Notes: generated by a model not told the origin, from the sequence alone. Counted from the first letter of the stretch, positions 11,130 through 24,500 are shown. The stretch is 64,000 nucleotides of DNA from an uncultured Gemmatimonadaceae bacterium (GCA_963829055.1 CAWHHI010000016.1:896001-960000); one strand, 5' to 3'. Numbers and translations: made by a program.

Positions 11130-11691
11130 CTAACGCGACTGCATCGCAGGGCAGCTCGCGTCCTCGACATTCGGCGCTCCATAACGCGATCTGATCAGAC
11201 GCGGTGGACCCGCATCACCGAGGATCACCACGAAGACCTGATCGTACTCGCTGTCGCAGAGATCGCGCGGCTGCGGCGCGCCCAGCGCGCCGACGATCGC
11301 CGGAATCGTGTTGCTGTGACCGACGACGAGCACTGTGCCGCCAGCGTGCTTCATCACCTGGTCGGCTACCGCCTTCGCGTGCTGCGCCGCTGGACCAGCC
11401 GCCACGACGTCCGGCGTGATGTGCAATGCGATGGCGGTCGGTTCCGCGGTCTTCCGCGTGCGCTCGAACTGCGTCGTGATGATTGCGCTCACGCCTGCAT
11501 CCCGCGCGACGCCGACGAGCGCTTTCGCGCGCTCCGACCCGCCTTCCGTAAGCGGCGGGTCCTGGGCGGGCTGCGAGCCCTTCTCGGCATGACGCACGAG
11601 AATCACGACCGTCGGAGGCGCTACCAGCGACGTCGGCCGCGGAAGCAGGTCCGGCGAGGAAGGCGGCGAGCGTGAGAGCGAGTACGCGCAT
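11130..11691 (-). CDS. Secreted histidine phosphatase (SixA/PGM family), frameshift near 11630
   Basis: ILVRHAEK, LVVGHSNT; signal peptide MRVLALTLAAFL in the adjacent frame. Confidence 0.85.
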
Positions 11692-11758
11692 TGGAGAAAG
11701 AGGTGTGAGGGCGCGGAAATCCGTGGTGGCGATCAGCGGTTGGTCCTTCGTTGGCGCT

Positions 11759-12121
11759 CTACCCCGCCGAGCGGGGCTTGGTCGCGGTCCAGATCAGGGG
11801 ATCATCGGTCTCGATTTCGAGCGTGAGCGCGGACGCGCCACGGGCTACCTCTGAGTCGCGCCGGATGTGAAGGTCGCGAACCGCTACCGAACTGCCTGAC
11901 GAGTCTTGAAGCTCCAGCCGCAACGCGTCGCGCGCCTTTCGGTACCGGGCCAGTGCATCCGGATCACCAGCCGCCTGGTCGAACAACATGAAGACCGGCT
12001 CCGCGAGCTCGTAGCCCAATCCTGGACGGAATGCGCCATGGGCGATGCTCCGCGTGGCGTCGCGTGTTTCGAGCTCGGAACGCCCGACGATGACGCCCGA
12101 CATCCGAAGGATGAAGCTCAT
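11759..12121 (-). CDS. Hypothetical protein
   Basis: MSFILRMSG...GAFRPGLGYELAEPVF; globular composition. Confidence 0.6.
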   Translation of the reverse strand: MSFILRMSGVIVGRSELETRDATRSIAHGAFRPGLGYELAEPVFMLFDQAAGDPDALARYRKARDALRLELQDSSGSSVAVRDLHIRRDSEVARGASALTLEIETDDPLIWTATKPRSAG

Positions 12122-12275
12122 GACGGAATTGGCCCCCCGCGGCTGGCGCGAAGATCGACAGCCGATTGTAGTGCGCGGCCACCTTGGCGGAAAGTGCGTC
12201 GGCGTCACCGGTGCCCTGGCCGCGGCGTTCACCGCCGCCGCTTGCCAGTTCGCCCTCGGGTTGCCAGCTAAGCAC

Positions 12276-15027
12276 TCACTGCGACGCCGACGTCCTCGGC
12301 TCCAGAATCTCACGAAAGGCCGGGAAGTCGCGTAGCGACTCGAAGTCGTGCTCGGCGTGGAGGGAGTGGGTACGAGCGTATCCCTCTCTCAACGCCTGAC
12401 GAATGAGTGCGACGGCGCCTTCCCGGTCTCCTTTCACCGCCGCGATTCGTGCGGCCCACAGCCGCGGGCTACCGAAGGTGTACGGCCGTGGATCCGCAAC
12501 GAGACGCGCAGCAATGCTGTCCGCCTCCGCCGTCCTGCCCAAGTCTCGCCGCCAGTACGCCGAGCGCCCCCGCGTCCTCGGTCGTGCTCGAGTCCTCGGC
12601 GAACAGCGCCGCGTAGAGCACCCGCGCGTCGGCCCAGCGCTCGAGTTCAGCGAGCACGCGCGCCATGCTGCGCCGGTGGGCTCGCCTCGCCTGCTCGTCC
12701 CGCGGCCGCGCTGCGTACCACCGCTCCGCGCGCTGAAACGCGTCGCGCGCGAGCGCGGCGTGGCCATGTGCGCGAAGCTCGCGGCCGCACTCCCACAGGA
12801 AGTCGCCGGGCGTGTAGTCCTCCCACGTCTCGGTTGTCGATGGGAACGACGCCCCGTCCATGGCGAGGTCGAACGCCTCCTTGCCGCGTCCGAGGGCCGC
12901 GGTCGCCTTCACTTCCTCGAGGCGGGTCCAGCCCACGTTAGGCTCGCTGGCCCGGAGCTGCTTCGCCCATTCGAGATCGTGTTGGTAGTCGCCGAGCTGA
13001 TGGTATGAACGGGCAATGAGGTTGAAGACGCGGGGAGCCCACGACTTTCCCCACCCTTCCTTCGTGTTGATGCGCTGGAGCACTTCGATCGCTTCACGCG
13101 GCCGGTTCGTGATCTCCGACGTTAGGCCGGCCGCGTAGAGGGCGTGGGCAGCACCCGGCGCGAGCTCCACCATTCGCCGTGCGCCACGGTAGGACATCTC
13201 CCAGTTGCCACGTACGAATCCGGCGTAGAAATAGTCGAGGTTCGCCTCGTCGTAGGACGCCAGGTTGGCGCGATTGCGATCGAGGATACGAAAGAGCGAA
13301 TCGGCGGTCGCGTAGCGACGAAGATTCGCGGTCGCCATCGCGTCCCAGAGCAACGCCTGCCAGTAGGTGGAGTCGAGCTGCGCGGCGCGGGTGAAATGCC
13401 GCACCGAGTTCTCGTAGTCGGGGCCGAACGTCTCCATTCCCAGCAGGAACTCGCCGTACGCCTCGTACGTCGGCGGCTGGCTCGTGCGCGCCGTCCAGTT
13501 GTTGAGACGCGGATCGAGCAGCACGGCGAGCGCGCCGGTGATACGCTGCCGGAGCGGTTCGAGCGCTGCGGTCGGGCGCGTGATCGGCGCGTTGACGACG
13601 TCCACCGTGTGCCGTACTTCTCCGGACGGCGCACCGGTAATGCGCATGAGAAACCGCAGTTGATCGCCTTCGATGAAGTAGCTGCCCGACACCACCGTCC
13701 CGGCACCGGTGCGTTCCGCGAGGGTGCGCAGGTAGTCGTCGCCGCGCGACGGACCGGCGTCGCGCGCAGTCTCGAGCATCGTCCTCGCGTCGACGACCTG
13801 CACCAGCCCCGTTCTCAGCAGTCCTTGCGTCACCCAATCGGCCACCATTGAACCGACGGCTTCGAGTGCGGGGTTGCCGGTGCGATTCTCCAGCGGCGCG
13901 ACCACGACACGGGACGGAACGACCACCGCGGCGCTCGCCACGCTGCGTCCGCGCGCGAACCAGACGCCGCCGGCGACGGACAGAAAGCCCACGGCGGCAA
14001 GCGTCGCGCTGATCGCGAATCGGCGGCGACGACGCGGCGCGGCAGCCGCCGCGGTTCGCAGCGGTGGCCCGACAGCAGGCGCCGGGGACTCGCCTAACGA
14101 CAGCGGTGCCACGACGGGCGCCAACGCCGACGACGGCGGAACCGCGATGCCCGAAGTACCGGGCGAGTACTCCGAGGCTGGTGCGCGCGGAGCGGCGGTT
14201 GCCCCAACGACCTGCGCTGCTTGCGCTACCTGCGGTGCTTGCGCTACGACATCCGCTGCCGCGACTGCAGGTGCCGTCGGGGCAGGCGCAGGTGGCGGCC
14301 CGACCGGCGCGTGCGCACCGGCACGCAGCTCATCCGCGAACCGCACGACTTGCGCGTCCGCCGGAAGGTCGAGCTGCTCCTGAACGAGCGCCTGATGAAT
14401 CGCGGCGTGGCGAATGGCGCCATTCCGATCGCCCGCGGCGGCGAGCGCCTTCATGAGCCGGATCGCGACACGCGCGTTGATCGGGTCTTTCGCCGCCAGG
14501 CGACGCCACCAGATGACGGCCGTCGCGTGATCGCCACGCGTCTCCGCGGCGAGCGCACACTTCTCGAATGCGGTATCGCCGTCATGCTCGAGCGAGCGCC
14601 GCTCTTCCTCTACCCAGCGCTCGAACTCGCCCGCGCCGGGGAGATGGAAGCCGTCGAGAAACGGTCCACCGTAGAGAGTCGCGGCACGCTCATACGCGCG
14701 CGACTCGAGCGCCTCCTGGAACTCGGCGACATCGCTCGTGAGGACGTCTGCACCAAGCCGGAGGTCGCGCACTCCCACAATCGCATCGTCGGACCCGAGG
14801 TCTCGCCGCAGCATGTACACCGCTTGCGACAGCAGGCGGCGAGCACGCTCCTCGTCGGAATCCGGCCAGAGGTAGCCAATGACCTTTTCACGCGTGATCC
14901 CCCGGTCACCCGACCTCGCCAGCAGCGCAAGGATCGCCAGGCGACGAGGTTGAGACGCGGCGCCGGCCAGTGGCTGCCCGTCGTCGCGCAGCACTGACAG
15001 CTGACCGAGACACTTGATGCGAAGCAA
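12276..15027 (-). CDS. BTAD/SARP-type transcriptional regulator with TM, TolB-N-like and TPR regions (frameshift near 12480)
   Basis: LRIKCLGQLS, LAILALLA, LWPDSDEERAR, YGGPFLDGF, RLMKALAAAGDR; VVVAPLENRTG; helical repeats. Confidence 0.85.
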
Positions 15028-15039
15028 TCGGGATCCTCG

Positions 15040-15429
15040 TTAGGTGCGCGTGCGCACCACGTTGCGCACATACCACGCGGCAAGCAGCAGGAACGCGAAG
15101 ATCAGCACGGCACCCTGAATCGCCGCGCGCCACATGCCGGGAGCGAGTGCGTCAGCCGGCGCCGCGGCCGGGAGGGCAATGCAGAGTGCGCTGCCCACGA
15201 CGCCACAAACGATGAGCAGCAGAGGTCCCTTCTTCTCGATGCGCCAGACCGAGAGCGTCGCCGCTCCGGCGGCAACGGCAAACACCAGGGCCGCGGTCGC
15301 GACGAGCCACCACCGGTACCGCTCATCGCGCTCGGTGAGCATGCGAACGGCGAGCAGAAAGCCAGCCATCGTGTACACCGTCAGCAACGCCGCGAGTAGC
15401 TGCATTCCGAACGGCCGGCGGTGTTTCAC
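15040..15429 (-). CDS. Small 4-TM membrane protein
   Basis: Four hydrophobic segments. Confidence 0.65.
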   Translation of the reverse strand: MKHRRPFGMQLLAALLTVYTMAGFLLAVRMLTERDERYRWWLVATAALVFAVAAGAATLSVWRIEKKGPLLLIVCGVVGSALCIALPAAAPADALAPGMWRAAIQGAVLIFAFLLLAAWYVRNVVRTRT

Positions 15430-15665
15430 GTGATGACCGATCCAGAGTACGCTGGGATGAGGCGATCTCGGGTCCGAGGACCGTCGAGGCAATTTGGCGC
15501 GCGGCGTCCGCCCCACAACCGCCCCAAGGTCTGACACGTTGACAACATAGCCGCGGTTTCGCCCCTCGTGGAACCGGAGGTCACGGCGGCCTTGTGAACG
15601 AGCGGCGGCGAGGGCGACGATAGGCGCGCGGAAAAGCGACTCCTGAGCGACCCTTTCCAACTCCC

Positions 15666-16596
15666 ATGAGCCAATCCCATCACGTGACGTTCGCGCGCTT
15701 GTCGCGCGCTGCCCTTCTCACCTGCGCGCTCTGCGGCGTGCTTCCCTCACTGGCGAGCGCGCAGCGTCCGCTCAAGGTCTACATCTCGGTCGACATGGAG
15801 GGCATCGCGGGCGTGGTCACGGGCGATCAGCTCGGCCCGACTGGATTCGAGTACGGTCGCGCGCGCGAGTTCATGACGGCGGAGGCGTTGGCCGCGATCG
15901 CCGGCGCGCGCGATGCGGGCGCGACCGAGATCGTCGTCAGCGATTCGCACGGCAACGGCGAGAGTCTCCTCATCGATCAGTTCCCGGATGACGTGCGCAT
16001 CGTGCGATCGTGGCCGCGTCCGCTCATGATGATGGAGGGAATCGACTCGACGTTCGCGGCAGCGATCTTCGTCGGCTACCACGCGTCGACGACGAGCCCC
16101 GCGGGCGTTCGCGCACACACGATCTCGAGCGCGAACTACGCATCGGTCTCGCTCAACGGCGTCGCGATGCCCGAGGCGGGCATCAACGCCGCCATCGCCG
16201 GACGCTTCGGCGTCCCAGTCGTGTTCATCTCGGGCGACGACGTAGCGGTAGACGAGACGCGCCGCCTCCTGGGCGACGTCGAAGGCGCGGTCGTCAAGCG
16301 CGCGATCAGCTTTCACGCGGCGTCGACGATGACGCCGAAGGCGGCGCAGCAGCTGATCCGGGCGCACGTGAAGACGGCGCTGCGATCGTCGCAGCGCGTT
16401 CAAGCCGTACGTGGTGCGCGCGCCGGTGACGCTCGACCTGGTCTTCAAGAACTATCGTCCGGCGGAGATGCTGTCGTACCTGTCGATCGTGCAGCGGACG
16501 ACGTCGCACGGCATCCGGTTGATCGGGAAGGACATGATCGAGGTATCGAAGTTCCTCGAGTTCATCGGCACGTACGAGCCGGGGCTGGCGCCGTGA
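15666..16596 (+). CDS. dppA: D-aminopeptidase DppA (peptidase M55) with signal peptide, frameshift near 16400
   Basis: VYISVDMEG, VSDSHG, FVGYHA, HTIS, FISGDD. Confidence 0.9.
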
Positions 16597-16770
16597 TGGC
16601 CGGCGGCCAGCCACCTGACTACGCCAGCGTTCGCGTGCGACCGCTGGCCGGCTCGACCTGTCAGAGTGTTGTTAGGCTGCCGGCTCCAGGCTGACCGCTG
16701 CGCACAGATTTCGCCCCTGCGCCGCGCAACCGCAGGGCGTACTCGTTCACGCCAGCATTGAGAACACGAC

Positions 16771-17507
16771 ATGGACTGGCTGACCGACCCGAACGCGTGG
16801 ATCGGACTGCTCACGCTCACGGTGCTCGAGATCGTCCTCGGCATCGACAACATCATCTTCATCTCGATCCTCGCCGGGAAGCTGCCCGAGGATCAGCGCG
16901 CCGAAGGCTCGGCGTCTCGGACTTGCTCGGCGCGTTCTTCTCGCGGACTGCTCCTGCTGCTGAGCATCGCGTGGGTCGTTCGACTGACGGCGCCGCTGTT
17001 CACCGTCGCTCGGCGTCGACATCTCGGGACGCGGACTCATCCTGATCCTCGGCGGCCTGTTCCTCATCGGAAAGGCGACGCACGAGATTCACGAGCAAGT
17101 TCGAGGGCGACGAACAGACGGGGACGGCGAAAGCGCGCGCAGCGCGATCACTGACCGCCGTCGTCGCGCAGATCATGGTGATCGACATCGTCTTCTCGCT
17201 CGATTCGGTCATCACCGCGGTCGGCATGGTCGATCAGGTGTCGATCATGATCGCGGCCAACGTCATCGCGCTCGGCATCATGCTGGTCGCGTCGGGACCG
17301 ATCAGCGCGTTCGTCGATCGTCACCCGACGGTGAAGATGCTCGCGCTGAGCTTCCTCGTGCTGATCGGCACGAACCTGGTGGCGGAGGGCATCGGCCAGC
17401 ACATCCCGAAGGGCTACACGTACTTCGCGATGGCGTTCTCGGTGCTGGTCGAGATGCTGAACATCAGAGTCCGGAAGGCGGAAGGAGGCCAGAGGAAGGA
17501 GGCCTGA
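16771..17507 (+). CDS. TerC family membrane protein (frameshifted)
   Basis: LEIVLGIDNIIFISI, DIVFSLDSVITAVGM, HPTVKMLALSFL, IPKGYTYFAM. Confidence 0.92.
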
Positions 17508-17522
17508 CGGAGGCCTCGTTCC

Positions 17523-18825
17523 TCAGGCCTCTTTCCTAACGCCTGAGGCCTCCGGCCTCGCGATCACCGTCGTGGATGCCATGTGGCCCGTCACGTTCGC
17601 CAGCGTGTTGAACATGTCGGGAATGGTGTCGACCGCGATGAGAAGGCCGACGCCCTCCGGCGGCAGGCCGAGTGACACGAGCACCGGCGCGATCATGAAG
17701 AGGCTCGCGCTCGGAATGCCCGGCACGCTGAAGCTGATGAGCACCGCCGTGATCAGCACCCACACCAGCGCCGTGAATCCCACCGTCCACCCCGTAGAGC
17801 TGACCGAGGAACACCGCGCTGATCACCCAGCGCGGCGGGACGTTCATCCGGAGGACCGACACCGCGAGCGGCAGCGCGAAGCTCGTCGCCACCGGCGGCA
17901 GCAGCCAGACGGTCACGCGTCTCGCGCAGCATCGCCGGCAACGCCGCGAGCGACGATCGCGAGCTCATCGCCACCGCCTGCGCCGGTAACGCGGCGACCG
18001 CGAAGGAGCGCAGCGACACTCGGCCGAACAGCGAGCACCGGCATGTACAGCATCAGCCGTCACGAGCAGCAGCGTGGCCGACAAGCACGACGATGTAGAA
18101 CAGCAGCGCGCCCGCCGCCTGAATGCCCGTGCGCGCCGCAACCGACAGGGACAGCGCGAACACGCCGACCGGAGCAGCCGCGAGCACCCATCCGACGATC
18201 ACCAGCATGGCGTCGCTCACGCCACTGAAGAAGCCGACGATCGACGTCGCGCAGCGGCGGCGCGAGACGTGCGATGGCGAGCGCCAGCACCAGCGTGAAG
18301 ACGACGAGCGGCAGCATTGCGCCGTCCGCCGCCGCGCGAATGGGATTCGCGGGAACGTCTCGACGATGCGCTGCGCGAGCGACGGAAGCTGCTGCACCGC
18401 CGTCGACGGTCGACGACGCCGCCGTTGTGGCCGACGCCCGGAGGCGTTCCGCGACGTCAGGAGTGAGTGGAAGACGCGCCAGCAGCGGCGGCGCGATCGC
18501 GAGCGCGATCAGTCCGCCAAGCGACGAGCAGAACGGCGAACGTCACGAGCGCGCGCGCGCCGAGCCGACCGAGCGACCGCGAACCGAAGTCCGGTGACGA
18601 CGCCGGTGATGAGCACCGCAACGACCAGCGGCACGACGGTCATGCGAATGGCGTTGACCCACAGCGTGCCTAACGGCTCGATGATCGCGACGAGCCGCAG
18701 CACGCCCGGACTACGAGGTCGCGGCGGCGATGCTGCCGAGCACGAAGCCCGGCGACGAGCGCGGCGAGAACGTAGGTTGCGGATCTCACGAGGCGGATGA
18801 GGGGACGACCGGTGTTGACGCTCAC
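17523..18825 (-). CDS. Dicarboxylate/amino acid:cation symporter (DAACS), multiply frameshifted
   Basis: GTLWVNAIRMTVVPLV, SSRSSLAALP, GLLIAVDTIPDMFNTLANVTG. Confidence 0.85.
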
Positions 18826-18835
18826 GGCCGCGAGG

Positions 18836-19331
18836 TCAGAGATCGGCGACGCGATGCAGCGCGTCACCGTGAGTCGGTACACCGTCCAATCGTTCATCGG
18901 AATCGCGCGCCGATGCTCTGATAGAACCGGATGGCGGACTCGTTCCAGTCGAGCACCCACCATTCCAGGCGGCCGCATTTGCGCTCGACCGCGAGACGCG
19001 CAAGGTGCGACAGTAGACGCCGCCCGACACCGCGGCTGCGATATGCAGGGAGGACGAACAGGTCCTCGAGGTAGAGCCCGCGGCGTCCGAGGAACGTCGA
19101 GTAGTTGTGGAAGAAGAGCGCGAATCCCGCGACCTCGGCGCCGACGTACGCGAGCACGACCTCTGCGCGCCGGCCAGTCGCCGAACAGGGACTCGCGAAT
19201 GTCGTCCTCCGTCGCCTCGACCTCGTGCTCGAGCCGCTCGTACTCCGCGAGTCCCCTGATGAGCGAGAGGATCGTACTGGCGTGTCGCGTTCCGTCGCAG
19301 TCACGATGCGGATGTCGGCGGCAGGCGTCAT
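18836..19331 (-). CDS. GNAT N-acetyltransferase (spermidine/diamine acetyltransferase-like)
   Basis: YSTFLGRRGLYLEDLFV, RSRGVGRRL, WVLDWNESAIRFY. Confidence 0.9.
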
Positions 19332-20454
19332 CGCTCGAGGAAGATGGTCGCAACGCCGTCGGAGAGCGCGTCGATGGGAGCCGCGCCGCGATTGACGAGC
19401 ACGACCACCGTGAGGCCAACGTCAGGATATCGCTGGATCGCGGTGCGGAACCCTATGCTGTCACCCTCGTGACGTTGTCGTCGCTGGCCGCGAAAGCTGT
19501 CGAGGAACCACCCGAATCCGTACGACGTGCGCTCGCCTGACGCGAGGGTGGACGGCGTGGTTGCCGCCTGCGAAGCTCGCGGCGCTCAACACCGCGTTAT
19601 GCGCGAGGGCCGCACTCCAGTGTGCGAGCTCCTCGGCTGACGCGTAGATGCCGCCGTCGCCGAGGACTGCGCTGGTTCGGTTCTGATCGGTTCGCGTCCA
19701 CGCGCCCGACTGGCCCGAGTGACCGTAGGCGCGGTTGGCCACCGTGTCCACGCCCTCCTCGTGCGCGACGGCGGTCGGCATGCCCGCGCGATCAAACACT
19801 CGGTGTCGGAGGTATTGGGCGAACGACTCACCGGACACGCGCTCGACGATGAGCGCCAGGAGCGCGTAGCCGGAGTTGCTGTAGCGCCACGACGTACCCG
19901 GCGGGAAATACAACTTCTTCGCCCGATGGAGCAACGTCAGGACGTCACGATCCTTCGAGCTGAGGGCCGTCGTCGCTGCCGAGCAACACTTCGTAGTCGG
20001 GGATGCCGGACGTGTGCGCGAGGAGATGCCTAACGCGCACATCGCGGGCATAGACGGGCACGTCGTCGAGCACGTCCCCGACCCTGTCATCGAGGCGGAG
20101 CTTCCCTGCCTCCACCAGCGTGAGGATCGCCGCAGCCGTGAACTGCTTCGTCACCGACGCCAGTCGAAACGAAGTCGACGGCGTCACGCCGATGCCGTGC
20201 TCGACATCCGCGAGGCCGTACCCGCGCGCGAACACGATGGAATCCCCACGCGCCACGACGACCGCGGCGCCAGGCGCGCCCGGTTCAGCGAAGGCCGTGA
20301 ACAGCGCGTCCACGCGCGCCTGCTGGGCAGTGTCTACCGCCTCGCGCGACGACTGCGCCAGCACAGACTCGTGCGCTATGGACATCGCAGCGACAAACAG
20401 CGCGACCGACGTCGTGACGCGCCAGCCGCGATCATGCCGGCGCGCTGCGTTCAC
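19328..20454 (-). CDS. Serine hydrolase, beta-lactamase class C family (frameshifted)
   Basis: FRLASVTKQF (SxxK), LLAHTSG, YSNSGY. Confidence 0.9.
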
Positions 20455-20936
20455 GAAGCTGCTCTTCGGTCAGCCCGTAGAGCGGCGGCGTTCGCACATC
20501 GAGCATGCCGAGCATGAGGTAGAGCTGCCCGCGATGATGGATCTCGTGCTCGACCATCGCGCGCAGCCACTTCCACGTCGTGATGCTGGTGCCGGCCGGC
20601 GTCGTGCAGCGGCCGGCGAGCGCCTCGGGCGTGAGCGAGCGGTAGATGTCGAGCGCCTCGGCGTGCGTGCGATCGAGGTAGGCGAGCACGGCGTCGTAGC
20701 CGTCGGCGAGTCGCGACCGTGACCGGGATACGTGCTCGTGTTCCCGCGCGCCGTCTCGGCGAACATGTAGCGCTCGGTCGCGCCGAGGTGCCGCACGAGG
20801 TCGCCGAGCGTGAACGCGCCATCGCGATGCGTCCACTCGATCCGATCGGGCGGGATGCGTCTCGACGACGCGGCGCGTGCGACCGCGCACGCTGTCCACG
20901 TAGCTCGAGGAAGTCGTCAATGCGGGAAATGATCAC
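20432..20936 (-). CDS. DinB family protein
   Basis: RHLGATERYMF, WKWLRAMVEHEIHHRGQL. Confidence 0.85.
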
Positions 20937-20959
20937 GGGAGATCGATCCGTTGAAGCGT

Positions 20960-21482
20960 TCAGGCGACCAGCGACGATCTTCGCGGTCGTCACGAGCTGG
21001 CCCGTGTGCCGGTGCGTATGCTCGGCCGCAGTGAAACAGCAGGCCGAGCACGTTGGATGGCAGAGCGCGGCGCGCCCGACCGACCGCGCGAGCATGAGGT
21101 CCGAATCGGGGTCGACGCGCAGCGACCTCGACGGCGGAGTCGATGGCGGTCTGCGCGACGCGACCAGCGTGGCAGCGGTGTCGGGCGGTTCGTCCCGGCT
21201 CAGCCTTCGGCACGCAGGAGCCAGCGATCTGCTCGCGATCGAGCTGCGCGCCGCGCGCGTACGTGAGCAGTCGGTCGAGGCTTCCGACAATGTGGCGCAG
21301 GTGAAAGCCGGCCGACGCCGCGCCGCCGGGCCGGCCCAGAGCTGCTCCGTCGTTAGGCGGGATGCCGCGGCTTCGATCTCCTCGCGGCACTGCAGCAGGC
21401 AGTGCGCCGCAGGCATGAGCAGCGGCGACACGCCCGGCAGCGGTCCGCGGAGCCAGACTTCGGGAAGCTGTTCGGAGCTCAT
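20960..21482 (-). CDS. DinB family protein
   Basis: PEVWLRGP, FHLRHIVGSLDRL, AEHTHRHTGQ. Confidence 0.85.
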
Positions 21483-21533
21483 GGTCGGAACCGAGCCGGG
21501 GCGCCGTCGACGGCGCGCCCGGCCACTCGTCGT

Positions 21534-24500
21534 CTACTTCTGCGGCTTCTTCGACAGCGATCGGTAGTACTCGTCGACCATCTGCCGGAAGCCCGGCCGG
21601 CACGTCGCCCGACACCCCCGAGCACTGGGCCGACCCTTGTCGTTGCCTTCGACCTGGCGTCGGAGCGCAAACTCGAACGCCTTGAGCCCTTCGATCAGCG
21701 AATGCTGCAGCCGCTCGACCGACGCGGGATCATCGTAGTTCTTCCCGTTCTCGAGCTGACGCATCTGGTCGATCATCCGATTGAGATCCGACGGATCGAC
21801 GCCCATCTGCTGCAGCTCGCGCTTGAGCTGCTCCGCCGACTGGCGCTGATTCCGGAACTCACGCGAGAACTGGCGGATGTCGTCGGCGCTGAGGCGCGCC
21901 CGTTAGGCGTGCCCGCCCTGCTGCGTTGCCGCCGAGTCGACCACCGGGACCCTGCTGGTTGCTCTGCGAGCCACCACCACCCATCTGGCCGCCCTGTCCG
22001 CTGCTGCCACCCTGCTGACCGCCCTGTCCTTGCTGGCCCTGGCCCTGTTGACCCTGGCCTTGGCCCTGTTGTCCTTGCTGTCCCTGTCCTTGTTGCCCCT
22101 GCTGGCCCTGTTGCCCCTGGCCCTGCTGGCCGTTCTGGCCCTGCTGCTGACCACGTTGACCCTGCTGGCCACTCTGCCTTGCTGGCCACTCTGCTGTCCG
22201 CTCTGCCCCTGCTGGCCGTTCTGCTGTCCGTTCTGGGCGCTCTGTTGCCCTGCTGCCCGTTCTGTCCCTGCTGATTGCCCGGAGCGCCTCGCGAGCCCTG
22301 CGCGCCCGCGCGCGACGAATCCTCCTGATCGCCACCCTCGACCGAGTCGGCGCTGTCGCATCCGTTCGCTGAGCGACTCCTGGCCGCGCACGAGGTCGCG
22401 AGCTCGGTCGAGCGACTTGCTCGCCGCCTTGACCATCCGCCTCGCCGCGCGACGCGCGCCGCGGCCTCGTTCACCTTCTGACGCATCTCCTCGACGCCGT
22501 CGGTGATCGCCGACTCGAACTGCTTGGCGTACTCCGGCGACGTCGTCCCTGCACCAGCGCCTGCGTTAGGCGCTGGCGATGCCTGCACCCGATCGGCGAG
22601 CCGGTTCTCGCGCATCGACTCGACCGCCTCCTGCATCTTCCGCGACGCCTGTCCGCGTGGTCCTTCTGCGAGTCGCGCCGCATGCGATCGAGCTGGCGAC
22701 TCGAGCTGCCTAACGTCGTTCTCGATCCCTTCTGACGTCCTCGGCCAACCGATTCACCTTCCGCCGCGTCCGGCCTGCCGCTCGCGGCGCCCTTCCCGAG
22801 CTTGTCGACGTCATCCGGCAATCTGACGCTGATCGTTCGCGATCTTCTCGGCTTTCTGCACGGCGTCATCGAGGTCGCGCGCCGTGCGACCGTTGCGGTT
22901 CTCGTCGAGCAGTCGCCGCGCTTCCTGCAGTCGATCGAGCGCCGACGCGCCCTGCGAGACGCCGCCATCGTTCGCGCCGGTGGCCGAGCGACGCATGGCG
23001 TTCGCCGCATCCTGCAGGCGTCGCGCACTCTCCTCGATCTTGTCGTTGTTCGCGATCTGCGGATTCTCGCGCGTCGAGCCGCTCGAGCTGACGCGCCATC
23101 TGCTCGGCCTCGTCGGCGAGTTGGCGCTGACTCCCACCGCCACCGCCGCTCTGCTGGCCCGGCTGACCGCGCATGCCGTTCTTGAGACGCTCGTTCTCCT
23201 GCTGCAGTCGGCTCGAGAGCTGCTTCAGCTTCTCCGCCGTCTCGTCGACCTGGTTGTCGGCCTGCTGCTGCTGGCGTGCCGCGATCGACCGTCTCGTACT
23301 GATTGCGAAGCTTGTTCGCGTCGAGCTCGAACAGGTCGGCGAGATCCTCGGCGTTCGACTGCTTGTTGCCCGCCGCCACCGCCGCCGCTGTTGGCCGCGC
23401 GTAATCTGGTATTCCTTGAACGCCGCCTCGGCACGCTGCAGGTGCTGGAGCGCGCGCTGCTCGGGCGGAAGCGCGTCGACGGAATTGCGCGCGAGGAGCT
23501 TCTCCTCGGCGACCTGCATCTCCTTCGCGGCCTGCGGCAGCTCCTCGGCGATGATGCTGAACGCCGTGTCGATCGCCGTGATGTTGCGCTCCATCATGCG
23601 GCGCGACGAGCGTCTCGACCGCTTCGCGCACGCGCCCCTGCGAGAGGTTGAGCGTCGCGAAGTTCTCGCGCAGCCGGTTCGCGGGCGTCGTCTTGCGATC
23701 GCGGTCGACGTTGAACGTGCCGGCGACGACCTGACGCTGTCGCTCGGTCAGCTCGCCCGGATCGTCGGCCGCCACCACCGCCGCCGCCGCCGGCCTGCTC
23801 CGACTGCTTGTAGGTCTGGTCGAACGGCCTAACGCTCATGAAGTAGATGTCGGTCTTCGCTTCCTGACCGTTGCCGCCATTGTCGCGAGCGCGCGCGTAG
23901 TAGGACACGAGGTCGCCGGGCTTGAGGCCGAGCTCCTCGAGGAAGAACGTGTGTCCGGCGACGACTTCGCGGAGTCGCTTGCCTCCCGCCTGCAGCGACG
24001 ACCGTCTTCTCTGGCCCGCCGTTCACCGAGTACATGAGATCGATCGTTCGAGACGCCGTAGTCGTCGGTGGCCTGCACCTGCGTGAAGACCTCGTCCACC
24101 GCAGTGACCTTCGTGTCGCGCCCCGGCTTCTCGAACGTGATCGTCGGCGGCCGGTCGTCGAGCACGTCGATCGTGTAGTCGAGCGAGCCGGGAACGAACT
24201 CTCCGCGCTCGCGTCTGCAGCTCGAGCTTGTAGAAGCCGTTCGCGATCACCTGAATCGGCGCCGTGAGCGTGCCGTCGCCGTTCAGCGTGAGCGGCGTCG
24301 GCTCCTTGCCTTCGATGAGCAGCCGACCGCCCTTCACCGGCATGGTGCGTCGTCGCGTGCACGATGACCGTCGTTCCACGCGGCGCCGCGATGTCGCCGC
24401 CGTCCGGCAACGGTCTCCGACGGCATCCCGGTGTACCCGGGATAGCGATACTCGAGATCGATCTTCTTGACGTACGGCAGATTGGCGACGTCGATGCGGA

